Positions 24,177 to 33,710 are shown, counted from the first letter of the stretch. The stretch: 41,561 bases of DNA from Patescibacteria group bacterium (GCA_038078255.1 JBBUEH010000013.1:1-41561); one strand, 5' to 3'. The notes: a model not told the origin generated them from the letters alone. Made by a program: numbers and translations.

Positions 24177-25193
24177 CTAGAGCAATTTCTCTTGACCTTT
24201 TTTGAAGTCGAACCCCAAATGCTCGTACGCTTTCTTGGTTGCCACTCTGCCCCGGGCAGTGCGTTCTAGTAGCCCGAGTTGGATCAAATATGGCTCGATC
24301 ACTTCTTCTACTGTAGCTTCTTCTTCGGACATGGCGGCGCCGATTGTTTTTAATCCCACTGGCCCGCCGTGAAACTTTTCGATCAATATTTCTAGAAATT
24401 TTCTATCGGAAGAGTTGAGTCCAAGGTCGTCGATGGCCAGCATGTTGAGCGCATCTTTCACTGTTTTTTGATCTAGACTTTTTTTATGCACTTGTCCGAA
24501 GTCTCGAACTCTTTTCAAAAAATAATTTGCCGTCCGAGGAGTGAAACGGCTTCGTTTAGCGATTTCTTCTAGAGCTTTATTGTCTAATTTTGCTTTCAAA
24601 AGTTTGCTGGAGCGAGCTACTATTTCGGCGATTTCATTTTCTGAATAAAATTCTAAACGAAAAACTCCTCCAGAGAATCTTGAACGAAGGGGAGAGGAAA
24701 CAAGCGCAACTCGAGTCGTGGCCGCTATTAAAGTAAAGGGGGGTAAGTCGAGCTGGATAGTCCGAGCCGATGGACCCTTGCCGATGATGATGTCAAGAAC
24801 GCCAGATTCCATCGCTGGATAGAGAATTTCTTCCACCATTTTATTCAGTCGGTGAATTTCGTCGATAAAAAGAATATCACCGGGAGATAAGTTGGTCAGG
24901 ATAGACGCCAAGTCGCCCACCTTCTCAATAGCGGGGCCGGAAGTTATTTTCATCTGGCGGCCTGTTTCTTTGGCGATCAGATGGGCGAGGGTAGTTTTCC
25001 CTAGTCCTGGGGGTCCGTAAAAAAGAACATGTTCGGGAATGTGCCCTCTTTCCTCGGCGGCTTGAAGAAGGATGCGGATATTGTCTTTGATATGTTTCTG
25101 GCCAATATATTCATCCCAAGCCTGAGGACGCAAGGTTTGATCTAGGAAAGAGTCATCAGCCTTTTCAGTTTTCGGGGTTGACTTTTTATTCAT
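24177..25193 (-). CDS. ruvB: Holliday junction branch-migration ATPase RuvB
   Basis: 338 aa. Walker A GPPGLGKTT, Walker B FIDEIHRL, typical C-terminal winged helix. Confidence 0.95.
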   Translation of the reverse strand: MNKKSTPKTEKADDSFLDQTLRPQAWDEYIGQKHIKDNIRILLQAAEERGHIPEHVLFYGPPGLGKTTLAHLIAKETGRQMKITSGPAIEKVGDLASILTNLSPGDILFIDEIHRLNKMVEEILYPAMESGVLDIIIGKGPSARTIQLDLPPFTLIAATTRVALVSSPLRSRFSGGVFRLEFYSENEIAEIVARSSKLLKAKLDNKALEEIAKRSRFTPRTANYFLKRVRDFGQVHKKSLDQKTVKDALNMLAIDDLGLNSSDRKFLEILIEKFHGGPVGLKTIGAAMSEEEATVEEVIEPYLIQLGLLERTARGRVATKKAYEHLGFDFKKGQEKLL

Positions 25194-25222
25194 ATTATGC
25201 TATATTGTGAATGTTGGATATT

Positions 25223-25253
25223 TATCAACATGGTATCAACAGAGCTATCAACA
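25223..25253 (+). promoter_or_regulatory. Three direct TATCAACA repeats (11-12 nt phasing) upstream of ruvB
   Basis: TATCAACA at 25223-25230, 25234-25241 and 25246-25253. On the ruvB strand these read TGTTGATA x3; the proximal one can serve as a -35. Confidence 0.5.
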
Positions 25254-25312
25254 TTATAGCATTTGTTGTTCCTAGGATGTAGTAAAATAGATGTAGAGTT
25301 CTTTTAATGAAG

Positions 25313-25467
25313 GCATTAATCTCTAAGCAATCAGCCATCGGTTATATGATTTTGCATAGGACGCTCTGGTACTTTTATTAGTTCACTGGCGCTATCCTCT
25401 AATAATTCGTTACTCTTCTAGCTCAGCTGGAAAAGGATTGTTTAGAGATTAATGCTTTTTTGTTTTT
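25313..25467 (+). ncRNA. Candidate structured small RNA: 20-bp closing stem around about 103 nt, followed by a U-tract
   Basis: gcattaatctctaagcaatc (25313-25332) pairs with gattgtttagagattaatgc (25436-25455), one G-U pair. TTTTTTGTTTTT follows. TAAAAT at 25283-25288 is a possible -10. No plus-strand CDS upstream. Confidence 0.3.
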
Positions 25468-25487
25468 AAAAATTTTTCTAAAACTCC

Positions 25488-27218
25488 CTACTCCTCTTTT
25501 AAATCCACTACGCTCGCTACTTCTTCGAGAGAAGTTGTGCCATTTAGAATTTTTACGATACCGTCTTGGCGCATGGAAAGAATGCCTTGGGTCTTGGCCA
25601 CTTTTTTAATTTCTCGCTCTGAAGGATTATCCGGGATTATTTTCTCGATTGCTTCGTTAGTTTTGATTGCTTCGAAAATTCCTATTCGGCCGCTAAAGCC
25701 GGTGCTATTACATTTCTCGCAACCCGTTGCCTTAAAAATTTTGAAAGCTTCACCTTCTTTAATATTATATTTTTGCAGATATTTTGATAGGTCTTTACCT
25801 TCTTCTTTCATGCCATTCAAGATTTCATTTATGATTTTGGTTTCTTCTTCATTCGGCGTGTTTTCTACTTTACAAGAATTACACAGCTTGCGAACTAGCC
25901 GTTGGGCCATAGAGATGGACAATGCCGATACCATAATCTTTGGATTTACTCCGAGGTCAATCAGGCGGGGGATGACACCAGCGGCATTGTTGGTATGAAG
26001 TGTCGAGAAGACCATGTGGCCGGTCAAGGCGGACTGCACAGCTATCGAAGCGGTGTCGCTATCACGGATTTCTCCGACCATGATGACATCTGGATCTTGA
26101 CGCAAGGCTGAATGGAGTCCCTCGGAAAACGAGTATCCCTTCGCCAAGTTTATTTGTGTCTGAGTTATTCCGGGCAAGTGGTATTCTACTGGATCTTCAA
26201 TCGTAATGATGTTTATTTCGGTTGAATATATTTTTCGCAGAAATGCGTAGAGAGTTGTTGTTTTTCCAGACCCAGTTGGACCGGTAACTAAAATTAAACC
26301 ATTAGGTTTTACAATTTCATTTTTCACAATTTCAAAAAGGTAAGGCTCGATTCCCAACTCTTCGAAGTCCAGCTGGATGGATTTGGGGTCTAGGATACGC
26401 ATGACGATTGACTCGCCATAAGCGCCGGGGATAAGTGAAGTACGAATATTTATTTCTTCTTCTCCCTCAATAATATTAAAACGGCCATCTTGAGCGATTT
26501 TCGAACTTAATTTCATGCCAGAAAGAAGCTTAATGCGTGAATTAAGCAAGCGGTAAATGTCTAGACCAAAGAAATTTATATCCATTAGTACACCATCGAG
26601 ACGGAGTCGCAATCTTCCCCGATCCTTTTCCGGTTCAATATGGATGTCGGAAGCTTTGATGGCGATGGCTCCCGCCAAAATTATTTCAAGCAGACGGGAA
26701 ATTTTATGAATTTTATTTCCTTCCAATGCTTCGATGATCAGTTTTTCTATATCTTGGATGTGATTTATTTTCTTTGTTGTTTCTCGGAGAACTTCGAGAG
26801 ATATATCCAGTCCTCCGATTTTCGAACTTTCTGCCATCGAAATTTCTTTATACCTTTCCCAAACTTTATGCAAGCTCGCATTCGAAGCCATATAAAAGAC
26901 GGGGGTTAGATTTATTCTTTCGGCGATGTCTTTCAATGTTCCAAAAAGATTTTCCGATGGTGAGCGAACAGCGATGAAAATATTTTTACCAAAAAGCTTA
27001 AATGGCGCCACATTCATTTCCATGGCATCTTTCTCGGGTATCGCTCGGAGCGCTTCATTATCAATGCTGACTTGGTATAGATCAATATAAGGAAGTTTGT
27101 ATTTTGATTCTGCTAGACTCGCCACCAATTCTTCCTCCTCTTTTTTATACAAGTCTTCTAGTTGCTTCTTCTGTTTTTCATCATCAAAATTCGTCATGTT
27201 GTATGAATTGTAACACAT
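25488..27218 (-). CDS. PilB/GspE-family type IV pilus / T2SS assembly ATPase
   Basis: Walker A GPTGSGKTTT, Asp box GEIRD, His box TGHMVFSTLHTN, Cys4 motif CNSC..CEKC. The start may be the ATG at 27197. Confidence 0.9.
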   Translation of the reverse strand: MCYNSYNMTNFDDEKQKKQLEDLYKKEEEELVASLAESKYKLPYIDLYQVSIDNEALRAIPEKDAMEMNVAPFKLFGKNIFIAVRSPSENLFGTLKDIAERINLTPVFYMASNASLHKVWERYKEISMAESSKIGGLDISLEVLRETTKKINHIQDIEKLIIEALEGNKIHKISRLLEIILAGAIAIKASDIHIEPEKDRGRLRLRLDGVLMDINFFGLDIYRLLNSRIKLLSGMKLSSKIAQDGRFNIIEGEEEINIRTSLIPGAYGESIVMRILDPKSIQLDFEELGIEPYLFEIVKNEIVKPNGLILVTGPTGSGKTTTLYAFLRKIYSTEINIITIEDPVEYHLPGITQTQINLAKGYSFSEGLHSALRQDPDVIMVGEIRDSDTASIAVQSALTGHMVFSTLHTNNAAGVIPRLIDLGVNPKIMVSALSISMAQRLVRKLCNSCKVENTPNEEETKIINEILNGMKEEGKDLSKYLQKYNIKEGEAFKIFKATGCEKCNSTGFSGRIGIFEAIKTNEAIEKIIPDNPSEREIKKVAKTQGILSMRQDGIVKILNGTTSLEEVASVVDLKEE

Positions 27219-27237
27219 TAGTTATATAATTTACATA

Positions 27238-29634
27238 ATGCTTAAAGAGGATATGCAAAAGAATAAAATCTTAGTTTTGCTCGATGCGCACGCTATTATT
27301 CACCGGGCGTATCATGCTCTGCCTGAGTTTTTGTCTTCCAAGGGCGAGCCTACGGGGGCCTTGTATGGGCTAGCAAGCATGCTGATGAAGATAATCACTG
27401 ATTTAAAGCCGGACTATATTGTGGCTTGTTATGATTTGCCGGGGAAGACATTTCGCCATGTTGCTTATGATGCCTATAAGGCAGGCAGAGTAAAGGCTGA
27501 TGATGCTCTAATAATGCAATTAAAAAAATCTCGTCAAATTTTCGAAGCCTTCAATATTTCTATGTATGACAGCCCGGGCTTCGAAGCAGATGATGTGTTG
27601 GGGACGATTGTAGAGAAATATAAAAAAGATAAAAACATAAATATAATTATTGCTTCTGGTGACATGGACACCATGCAATTAGTGGATGATAAAAAAGTGC
27701 AAGTCTATACTTTGAAGAAAGGCATTAATGAAACAATTTTATACGATGAAGAAAAAGTGGTGGAAAGATTTGGTTTTAAGCCAAAACTTTTGCCAGACTA
27801 TAAAGGACTTCGGGGCGATCCATCGGATAATATTGTTGGGATCAAGGGTATCGGAGAAAAAACGGCAACCATTCTAATAACTACTTTTGGAACTATTGAA
27901 GAAATTTATAAGACAATAAAAAAAGACGAAGAATCTTTTAAAAAAGTGGGTATTAGTCCACGAATAATGGAGTTGATAAAAAATAATGAAGAAGAAGCCT
28001 TGTTTTCAAAAACCTTAGCGACTATCCAGACTGATGCGCCCCTTAACTTTTCTTTGCCTGCTCAGTCGTTTTGGGAAACGGCGGACTTAAAAAAGATAGA
28101 AAAAGTTTTTGTTTTATTTGAATTTCGGTCTTTGTTTACAAGGCTGAAAAGTTTTTTTGGTTTAACAGTAGTGCCTAAAGCACTGGAACCTAGTGCTTTA
28201 GGCGCTACGGGAATAGATCCGCAAAAGCTCCAGGAAGCGAGTATCGCTCTTTGGCTTATCAATTCCGACATCTCCAATCCACAACTTGATGATATTTTAT
28301 TATTTGCGAATACCAGTGACTTTACTTCAGCCTCTGAATATATTTTCAAAACACTTCAAGAAAAAAATTTAGAAAAAATCTACAATGAGATAGAACGGCC
28401 GATAATGAACATTGTTAAAGAGATGGAAGATTATGGAATTTTAATAAACAAAAAATATTTTGAAAAATTATCTGGAGAGTATCATGATGAGCTAAATAAG
28501 TTAACAAAAAAAATTTACAAAATGGCTGAAGTAGAATTTAACATTAATTCCCCGAAACAGTTGGGCGAAGTGCTTTTTGATAAAATGGGAATAAAATCTC
28601 CCAATAAAAAAACAGCCAAGAAAAATGCAAGTGGCGGGTTTTCTACTAAAGTTTCAGTCTTAGAAGAATTGGAAGAGGAAAATCCAATTATCAAAGAAAT
28701 AATGGCTTACCGAGAATTGCAAAAGTTGCTTTCTACTTATGTTGATGTTATTCCAAGCATGGCGGGTGTGGACGGTAGGCTTCACGCAAAGTTTTTACAA
28801 AATGCCACCACGACAGGCAGATTTTCTTCACAAGATCCAAATTTACAAAATTTACCGATCAAAACAGAACTAGGTAAAAGAATTCGAGGGGGATTTATTG
28901 CTCAGGAGGGGTCTAAACTTTGTGCTTTTGATTATAGTCAGATTGAATTGCGAGTAGCGGCGATGCTCTCGGGAGACAAGAAGATGACGCAGATTTTTCG
29001 CGATAAAAAGGATATTCATGCTGGAGTGGCGTCTTTTGTGTTTGGTGTACCGCTAGAAAAAGTGGATAGCGAAATGCGTCGCCAAGCAAAAGTGATAAAC
29101 TTTGGCATTATTTATGGCATGGGGGTTACAGCTTTGCGGAAAAATCTTGGTGGTACCAGAGAAGAAGCGCAAAAGTTTTATGATAATTATTTTAGTCAAT
29201 TTTCTGGAGTGCGAGATTATTTAGAAAAAGTCAAAGCTTTTACTCTAAAGAATTTTTACACAGAGACTTTATTTGGTCGCCGGAGAAATTTCCCCAATAT
29301 AAATTCCAGAATTCCATTTTTGAAAAACATGGCGGAACGAACCGCTACCAATGCGCCTATCCAAGGGACAGCTACGGCGGACATTATTAAGCTGGCGATA
29401 CGATATGCGGAGGAAGATTTGAGAAATATAAATTTGTTAGACAAAGTACATCTCGTACTTCAGATTCACGATGAACTGGTATATGAAATAGAAAAAGAGG
29501 TATTGGGAAAAGCCGAAAAGATAATAAAAAGTGCCATGGAGGGTGTCCTGGAGCGGTCGTATTTGCATTATAAAACCGATATTCCGCTTGAAGTACATTT
29601 TGGTTCGGGTGATAATTTCGGAGAAGTGAAGTAG
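27238..29634 (+). CDS. polA: DNA polymerase I
   Basis: 798 aa. 5' nuclease domain (GIKGIGEKTA H3TH). Pol motifs A DYSQIELR, B RRQAKVINFGIIYG, C QIHDE. Confidence 0.95.
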   Translation: MLKEDMQKNKILVLLDAHAIIHRAYHALPEFLSSKGEPTGALYGLASMLMKIITDLKPDYIVACYDLPGKTFRHVAYDAYKAGRVKADDALIMQLKKSRQIFEAFNISMYDSPGFEADDVLGTIVEKYKKDKNINIIIASGDMDTMQLVDDKKVQVYTLKKGINETILYDEEKVVERFGFKPKLLPDYKGLRGDPSDNIVGIKGIGEKTATILITTFGTIEEIYKTIKKDEESFKKVGISPRIMELIKNNEEEALFSKTLATIQTDAPLNFSLPAQSFWETADLKKIEKVFVLFEFRSLFTRLKSFFGLTVVPKALEPSALGATGIDPQKLQEASIALWLINSDISNPQLDDILLFANTSDFTSASEYIFKTLQEKNLEKIYNEIERPIMNIVKEMEDYGILINKKYFEKLSGEYHDELNKLTKKIYKMAEVEFNINSPKQLGEVLFDKMGIKSPNKKTAKKNASGGFSTKVSVLEELEEENPIIKEIMAYRELQKLLSTYVDVIPSMAGVDGRLHAKFLQNATTTGRFSSQDPNLQNLPIKTELGKRIRGGFIAQEGSKLCAFDYSQIELRVAAMLSGDKKMTQIFRDKKDIHAGVASFVFGVPLEKVDSEMRRQAKVINFGIIYGMGVTALRKNLGGTREEAQKFYDNYFSQFSGVRDYLEKVKAFTLKNFYTETLFGRRRNFPNINSRIPFLKNMAERTATNAPIQGTATADIIKLAIRYAEEDLRNINLLDKVHLVLQIHDELVYEIEKEVLGKAEKIIKSAMEGVLERSYLHYKTDIPLEVHFGSGDNFGEVK
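28173..28203. repeat. 31-nt inverted repeat (12-bp perfect arms, 7-nt spacer) in-frame in the polA inter-domain linker
   Basis: gcctaaagcact ggaacct agtgctttaggc. Encodes ..PKALEPSALG.. Confidence 0.85.
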
Positions 29635-29659
29635 GGTATTTGTGCTATAATAAAGAGAT

Positions 29660-30139
29660 ATGGATATCCAAAACATCAAGAAAAACAATCTCCCTCAAGA
29701 CAAAGTGCATAAGGTTTTGGCGCATTCGTACTCTTTTTATTTTATTTTGTTGCTTTTTGGAGTTGCCTTGGATCTTGTTTATCCAATTAGAGTTTTCAAT
29801 AATTCTTTCGCTTCATATTTTGGTTTTTTGTTTTTAGGGTTAGCTCCCTTGTTAATTATTTGGGCGCAGAAGACTGGGCGTGATTTAAAGAAAGTCGAAG
29901 AAAAAAAGGTGGAACATTTTTGTCGTGGGCCGTATTGTTATACTCGGATTCCTACGCAATGGGGGCTTTTCTTTTTAATCTTAGGATTTGGGATTATTGC
30001 GAATGCTTTTTTTGTAATTTTATTTACAGTTATTTCTTTTTTTATTTCTAAATTTGTATTTATGGACAAACACGACAGAATTCTCCTCGAGAAATACGGG
30101 GAGGCCTATGCAAAATACAAAAAATTAGTTAGATTCTAA
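29660..30139 (+). CDS. ICMT/phospholipid-methyltransferase-like small membrane protein
   Basis: 159 aa, 4 hydrophobic helices. GPYCYTRIPTQWG resembles the GPY..RHP.Y.G motif of the family. Confidence 0.5.
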   Translation: MDIQNIKKNNLPQDKVHKVLAHSYSFYFILLLFGVALDLVYPIRVFNNSFASYFGFLFLGLAPLLIIWAQKTGRDLKKVEEKKVEHFCRGPYCYTRIPTQWGLFFLILGFGIIANAFFVILFTVISFFISKFVFMDKHDRILLEKYGEAYAKYKKLVRF

Positions 30140-30142
30140 ATC

Positions 30143-30790
30143 ATGATTTATTTTTTCGGGGGTGATAATACAGAGCAGAAACTTGCCAGTTATGAAAAAT
30201 TCATAAAGGCTATACCGGTAAGTACCGAAACTTTTTTTATCAACAGAAATGACTTTGACAGAATTCAAATAGAGAGCTTATACTCTGGGGCTGGCCTTTT
30301 TTTTGCAAAATCAGCGGCAATATTTTCCAATATTTTTGAAAATGAAGAAACGCAAGACTTTGTTTTAGAGAAATTAGAACTTATGGGCCAGTCGGAGAAT
30401 GATTTTATTTTTTTAGAAGGGAAATTAAACAAGCCGATTCTAGATGCTTTCAAAAAAGCGAGAGCTGAACTCAATATCTTTGAGTTGCCTAAAGCAAAAA
30501 AAGAGAAATTCGATAATTTCTTAGTGGCAAATGCATTCGGGGCTAAAGACAAGTTAAATCTCTGGATTTATTTCAGGCAGGCGATGGACCTTGGAGTTGG
30601 GATGGAAGAGCTGGTTGGAGTGCTTTTTTGGAAAATAAAAGAAATGCTTCTGAAAAAAGACTTCCGTAAATTTTCCGAAGCGGAGTTAAAAAATTTTGCC
30701 TCTCGTCTTTCTTCCCTTTTACCAGAAGCTCGCCAAGCAGGCCGAGATGCCGAGTCAGCCTTCGAGCAGTTTTTACTTGAAGCTTTTTAG
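30143..30790 (+). CDS. Possible DNA polymerase III delta subunit (HolA-like, short form)
   Basis: 215 aa. Weak resemblance by eye only (N-terminal ..FFGGD.., C-terminal helical region LFWKIKEMLL). Confidence 0.4.
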   Translation: MIYFFGGDNTEQKLASYEKFIKAIPVSTETFFINRNDFDRIQIESLYSGAGLFFAKSAAIFSNIFENEETQDFVLEKLELMGQSENDFIFLEGKLNKPILDAFKKARAELNIFELPKAKKEKFDNFLVANAFGAKDKLNLWIYFRQAMDLGVGMEELVGVLFWKIKEMLLKKDFRKFSEAELKNFASRLSSLLPEARQAGRDAESAFEQFLLEAF

Positions 30791-30804
30791 GAATCTGTTA
30801 TGAT
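30777..30804 (+). promoter_or_regulatory. Putative tRNA-Lys promoter TTGAAG-16-TATGAT
   Basis: The -10 ends 9 nt before the mature tRNA 5' end. Confidence 0.45.
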
Positions 30805-30813
30805 CAAGTTTAT

Positions 30814-30886
30814 GCGCCCGTAGCTCAGTCGGTAGAGCAGATCCCTTTTAAGGATAAGGTCGTTGGTTCGATCCCAACCGGGCGCA
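30814..30886 (+). tRNA. tRNA-Lys (anticodon UUU)
   Basis: Hand-folded cloverleaf: acceptor gcgcccg/cgggcgc, D arm gctc-agtcggta-gagc, anticodon loop cTTTTaa, T arm gttgg-ttcgatc-ccaac. No encoded CCA. Confidence 0.9.
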
Positions 30887-31064
30887 CAGATTGTTTGATT
30901 CCATAACTTTTTTAGTTAGTTTTTTCTTAAGTCTATTTTCATAAGTACTTTTCATTGGATCTGGAAATTCTATTAAATGTACAGAGCCGAAAGTATTTTA
31001 TTATAATTAGTATTTTTACTAAATTGATTAGAGTTTCTTTTTGTGTCATACTCTCGAAATAAAA

Positions 31065-31904
31065 ATGGCAAATCCACTTTCCAAAAAAGACGCTGTTAAA
31101 TATCTCAGTCTTAACGAGAAAACCTTCGATAACTACTTTAAGAATGCGCATGAGTTTCCATGCATCGCGAGGATTGGCGCACGGGGCAGATTCTATTTCG
31201 ACGAAGAAGTACTTCGTAAATGGAAAGAAGGAGTGGCGTGGAGGACTGTCGAATTAACTAAAGATGATTACGCATTGTGTTTGGATTTTGCTCTCGCACA
31301 GCATTTCAGAAACTACGTTCAATCAGATTTCGGCACTGGACGACAGCGAGAATTTGGACAAAAAATAACAAACTGGGTCAAAGGACAACTGGGAGAAGTT
31401 GCTGTTAGAAAATTCTTTAAAAGAGAATTTGGTGTAGACGTTGACCTCGATTTTGATATTCGTGAACAAATTGTCTTACAAGACATTACAGGAATTAAGA
31501 ATAACGGAAAAATGAGGGTTCCTAAAATTGGGGTAGGAATAAAATCATCAAAACCTAAAAGTGCCTTCTTGGTACTTGGAGCAAATGAAATTAACATTAA
31601 AGGACGCAGGTCTGATATTTATATTTACTGCCGTCCAGACATTCCAGACGACCATTTACTTAGAATAGCAAAGGAAGAAATCAACGAAGTAGTAAAAGGC
31701 AGACCGCACTATTTAAAGTACAAAGATCTAATGCCTGAATTTACCAATATCTCCTGTGAAGTTGTGGGCTGGTGTCACTACACAGATTTAAGAGAAACAG
31801 ATAAAATTCCAGGACAGGATTTTGAAGGCACTAGATTCGTAAAAGAATCCGGCCTTTTAAGGAAATTAAAAGAAGACTGGCAAGAACTTATAAAGCAACT
31901 GTAG
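31065..31904 (+). CDS. Putative type II restriction endonuclease (PD-(D/E)xK-like) with N-terminal HTH_17/excisionase-type DNA-binding domain
   Basis: ATG at 31065 follows a TTGATT-17-CATACT promoter. The N-terminus LSKKDAVKYLSLNEKTFDNYF..GRFYFDEEVLRKWK is MerR/Xis-like. The core has GQLGEVAV, ..LQDITG.. and ..GVGIKSSK. The 3' end overlaps the convergent C5-MTase gene by 17 nt. Confidence 0.55.
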   Translation: MANPLSKKDAVKYLSLNEKTFDNYFKNAHEFPCIARIGARGRFYFDEEVLRKWKEGVAWRTVELTKDDYALCLDFALAQHFRNYVQSDFGTGRQREFGQKITNWVKGQLGEVAVRKFFKREFGVDVDLDFDIREQIVLQDITGIKNNGKMRVPKIGVGIKSSKPKSAFLVLGANEINIKGRRSDIYIYCRPDIPDDHLLRIAKEEINEVVKGRPHYLKYKDLMPEFTNISCEVVGWCHYTDLRETDKIPGQDFEGTRFVKESGLLRKLKEDWQELIKQL

Positions 31905-33033
31905 TTACAACTTTTGTTGAATCAAAGAGACTTGCTATCTCTTGAGCGTTATTTTCTCCATTAGTTAGTTTTGACTCTATGAATTCGTAGGGCGTACCTG
32001 CGAAAGTTTTTAACACAGCAGAAATAATTACTTGCGCTCCAAGGGGGGGGACCGCCATACCAATCTGCTTTCTAGCACTTTCTTTTGAACCCTCAAATAT
32101 GAAATTATCAGGAAAAGACTGTAATCTTGCACGTTCCCGATTTGTAAGTGCACGGTTTTCTGACCAGTGATAAACATGAGTTCCACCGCCACCGCTTCCA
32201 GTTATGGTGTACGAAGGTTTGTCAGGATGAAGTCTTTTATAAATCTGACTCATGCGTGCACCCTTTACGTTCAGTCTTAAGTGTTGAGGTATTCCTTCAT
32301 ACCAAGCATTTTCGCCAGCAGGAATATATTTTAAGCGCTCAACAACACCCGCAGACTGGTTAGTAAGTTCGTGATTAGACGCGTCTTTTGATATTTTCGG
32401 ATTTTCTATCGCCTTGCGCGCACTTACATAGTTATATTTTGTAGTTGGTGCCGGCACTTTGAATTTTAATCCGAGATCTTTTCTTATTCCAATAATCACA
32501 ATTCGGTGTCTCTGTTGAGGCACACCATATTCTTCAAATTTGTATAAATGTGGCGTAAGGACATAACCCTTTCCTGCAGAACCGAGGTCCTTCAAAATTT
32601 GCTTAAAAGCTTGTCCCCCGTTTGCACTCTGTAAACCACTAACATTTTCTGCAATAAACCACTTTGGATTATGTATATTTATTGCCCTAACTCCGTGAGA
32701 ATAAAGAGGTCCAAATTTACCATCGAAACCTTTTTGCTCGCCAACAATACTAAAGTCATTACAAGGGAAACCAAAAGCAAGTACATCAAACTTGGGTACT
32801 TTCCCGAAATCTATTTCTTTGACGTCCGCACAAACAACATTTTCTTCGTTCCCGTTGTGAATGTTTTGAGCGTATGTCTTACAAGTGTCGGCGTCATAGT
32901 CATTTGCCCAAACAGACTCTATCCCGTAAATTGTACTTTTATTTTCAGCAAAAGAATTAACGGCACCAAGAGCAAGTCCTCCTGGGCCGGAGAATAATTC
33001 TGCTAACTTAAATTTGATTTGTTTTTTCTTCAT
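31888..33033 (-). CDS. DNA (cytosine-5)-methyltransferase
   Basis: Motif I FSGPGG, IV FPCNDFS, VI AENV, VIII QQRHR, X GMAVPP. Confidence 0.9.
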   Translation of the reverse strand: MKKKQIKFKLAELFSGPGGLALGAVNSFAENKSTIYGIESVWANDYDADTCKTYAQNIHNGNEENVVCADVKEIDFGKVPKFDVLAFGFPCNDFSIVGEQKGFDGKFGPLYSHGVRAINIHNPKWFIAENVSGLQSANGGQAFKQILKDLGSAGKGYVLTPHLYKFEEYGVPQQRHRIVIIGIRKDLGLKFKVPAPTTKYNYVSARKAIENPKISKDASNHELTNQSAGVVERLKYIPAGENAWYEGIPQHLRLNVKGARMSQIYKRLHPDKPSYTITGSGGGGTHVYHWSENRALTNRERARLQSFPDNFIFEGSKESARKQIGMAVPPLGAQVIISAVLKTFAGTPYEFIESKLTNGENNAQEIASLFDSTKVVTTVAL

Positions 33034-33061
33034 GAATGTATGACTTTATTTTAACATGTTA

Positions 33062-33691
33062 TTAATTTATATTCTTTATAACGTCTACAACTTTGCCACT
33101 AACTTGATAATTATCTTCAGCGTGTACAAAAATTGGAAAATAATCCTGACTTGATTCAGATTGAAGGACTATGTGCTGGTTTTTTTTGTCGACAATGAAT
33201 TTTTTTACGTTTGCCATTCCATCAATAACAGAGACAACATATTCACCGGATTGGGGAGTCTTTTGTTCGGCGTCAACGATGACAAAATCTCCATCCTCAA
33301 TGGTTTTCCCTCCAACATTCGCCTTATTCATAGAATTACCTTCGGCGTGCAACGCAAAGACTTTTCTATTGGGTTGCATTATCTTTTTTGAAACCTTAAG
33401 GTATCCTTCTGCTCGCTCTTCTGCAAACACAGTCGCAGGGCCACAATTTGCAGACCCAAAAATTGGAATTGAAATAAACATACCAGAAACATCTGATTCT
33501 TTGTTAACCCTTTTTATAATCTTGTTTTTCTTATCTATTGAAACAAACCCCTTTCTCTCTAGTTGAGAGAGGTGATGTTTAATTTTCTGGGGGAACTTTT
33601 CTCCGATTAAAGAACCAATGTCTCTAAGGGTTAGTCCGCTTATGTTTTTTTCATTTAATAAACTTAGTAGTTTTTCTTGAACTAGATGCAT
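33062..33691 (-). CDS. LexA/CI-type repressor (winged HTH + S24 peptidase)
   Basis: N-terminal LexA-like wHTH (..IKHHLSQLERKGFV..). S24 motifs GNSM (Ser), GDFVIVD and VKKF (Lys). Lies 28 nt upstream of, and co-oriented with, the methyltransferase. Confidence 0.8.
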   Translation of the reverse strand: MHLVQEKLLSLLNEKNISGLTLRDIGSLIGEKFPQKIKHHLSQLERKGFVSIDKKNKIIKRVNKESDVSGMFISIPIFGSANCGPATVFAEERAEGYLKVSKKIMQPNRKVFALHAEGNSMNKANVGGKTIEDGDFVIVDAEQKTPQSGEYVVSVIDGMANVKKFIVDKKNQHIVLQSESSQDYFPIFVHAEDNYQVSGKVVDVIKNIN

Positions 33692-33710
33692 ATTTATATC
33701 ATACTCCTTT

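Noticed and set aside
25411-25440. tRNA-like D-arm sequence tagctcagctgg in the ruvB/pilB spacer.
   Set aside because: No acceptor stem, anticodon arm or T-arm can be folded around it. It is at most a tRNA fragment.
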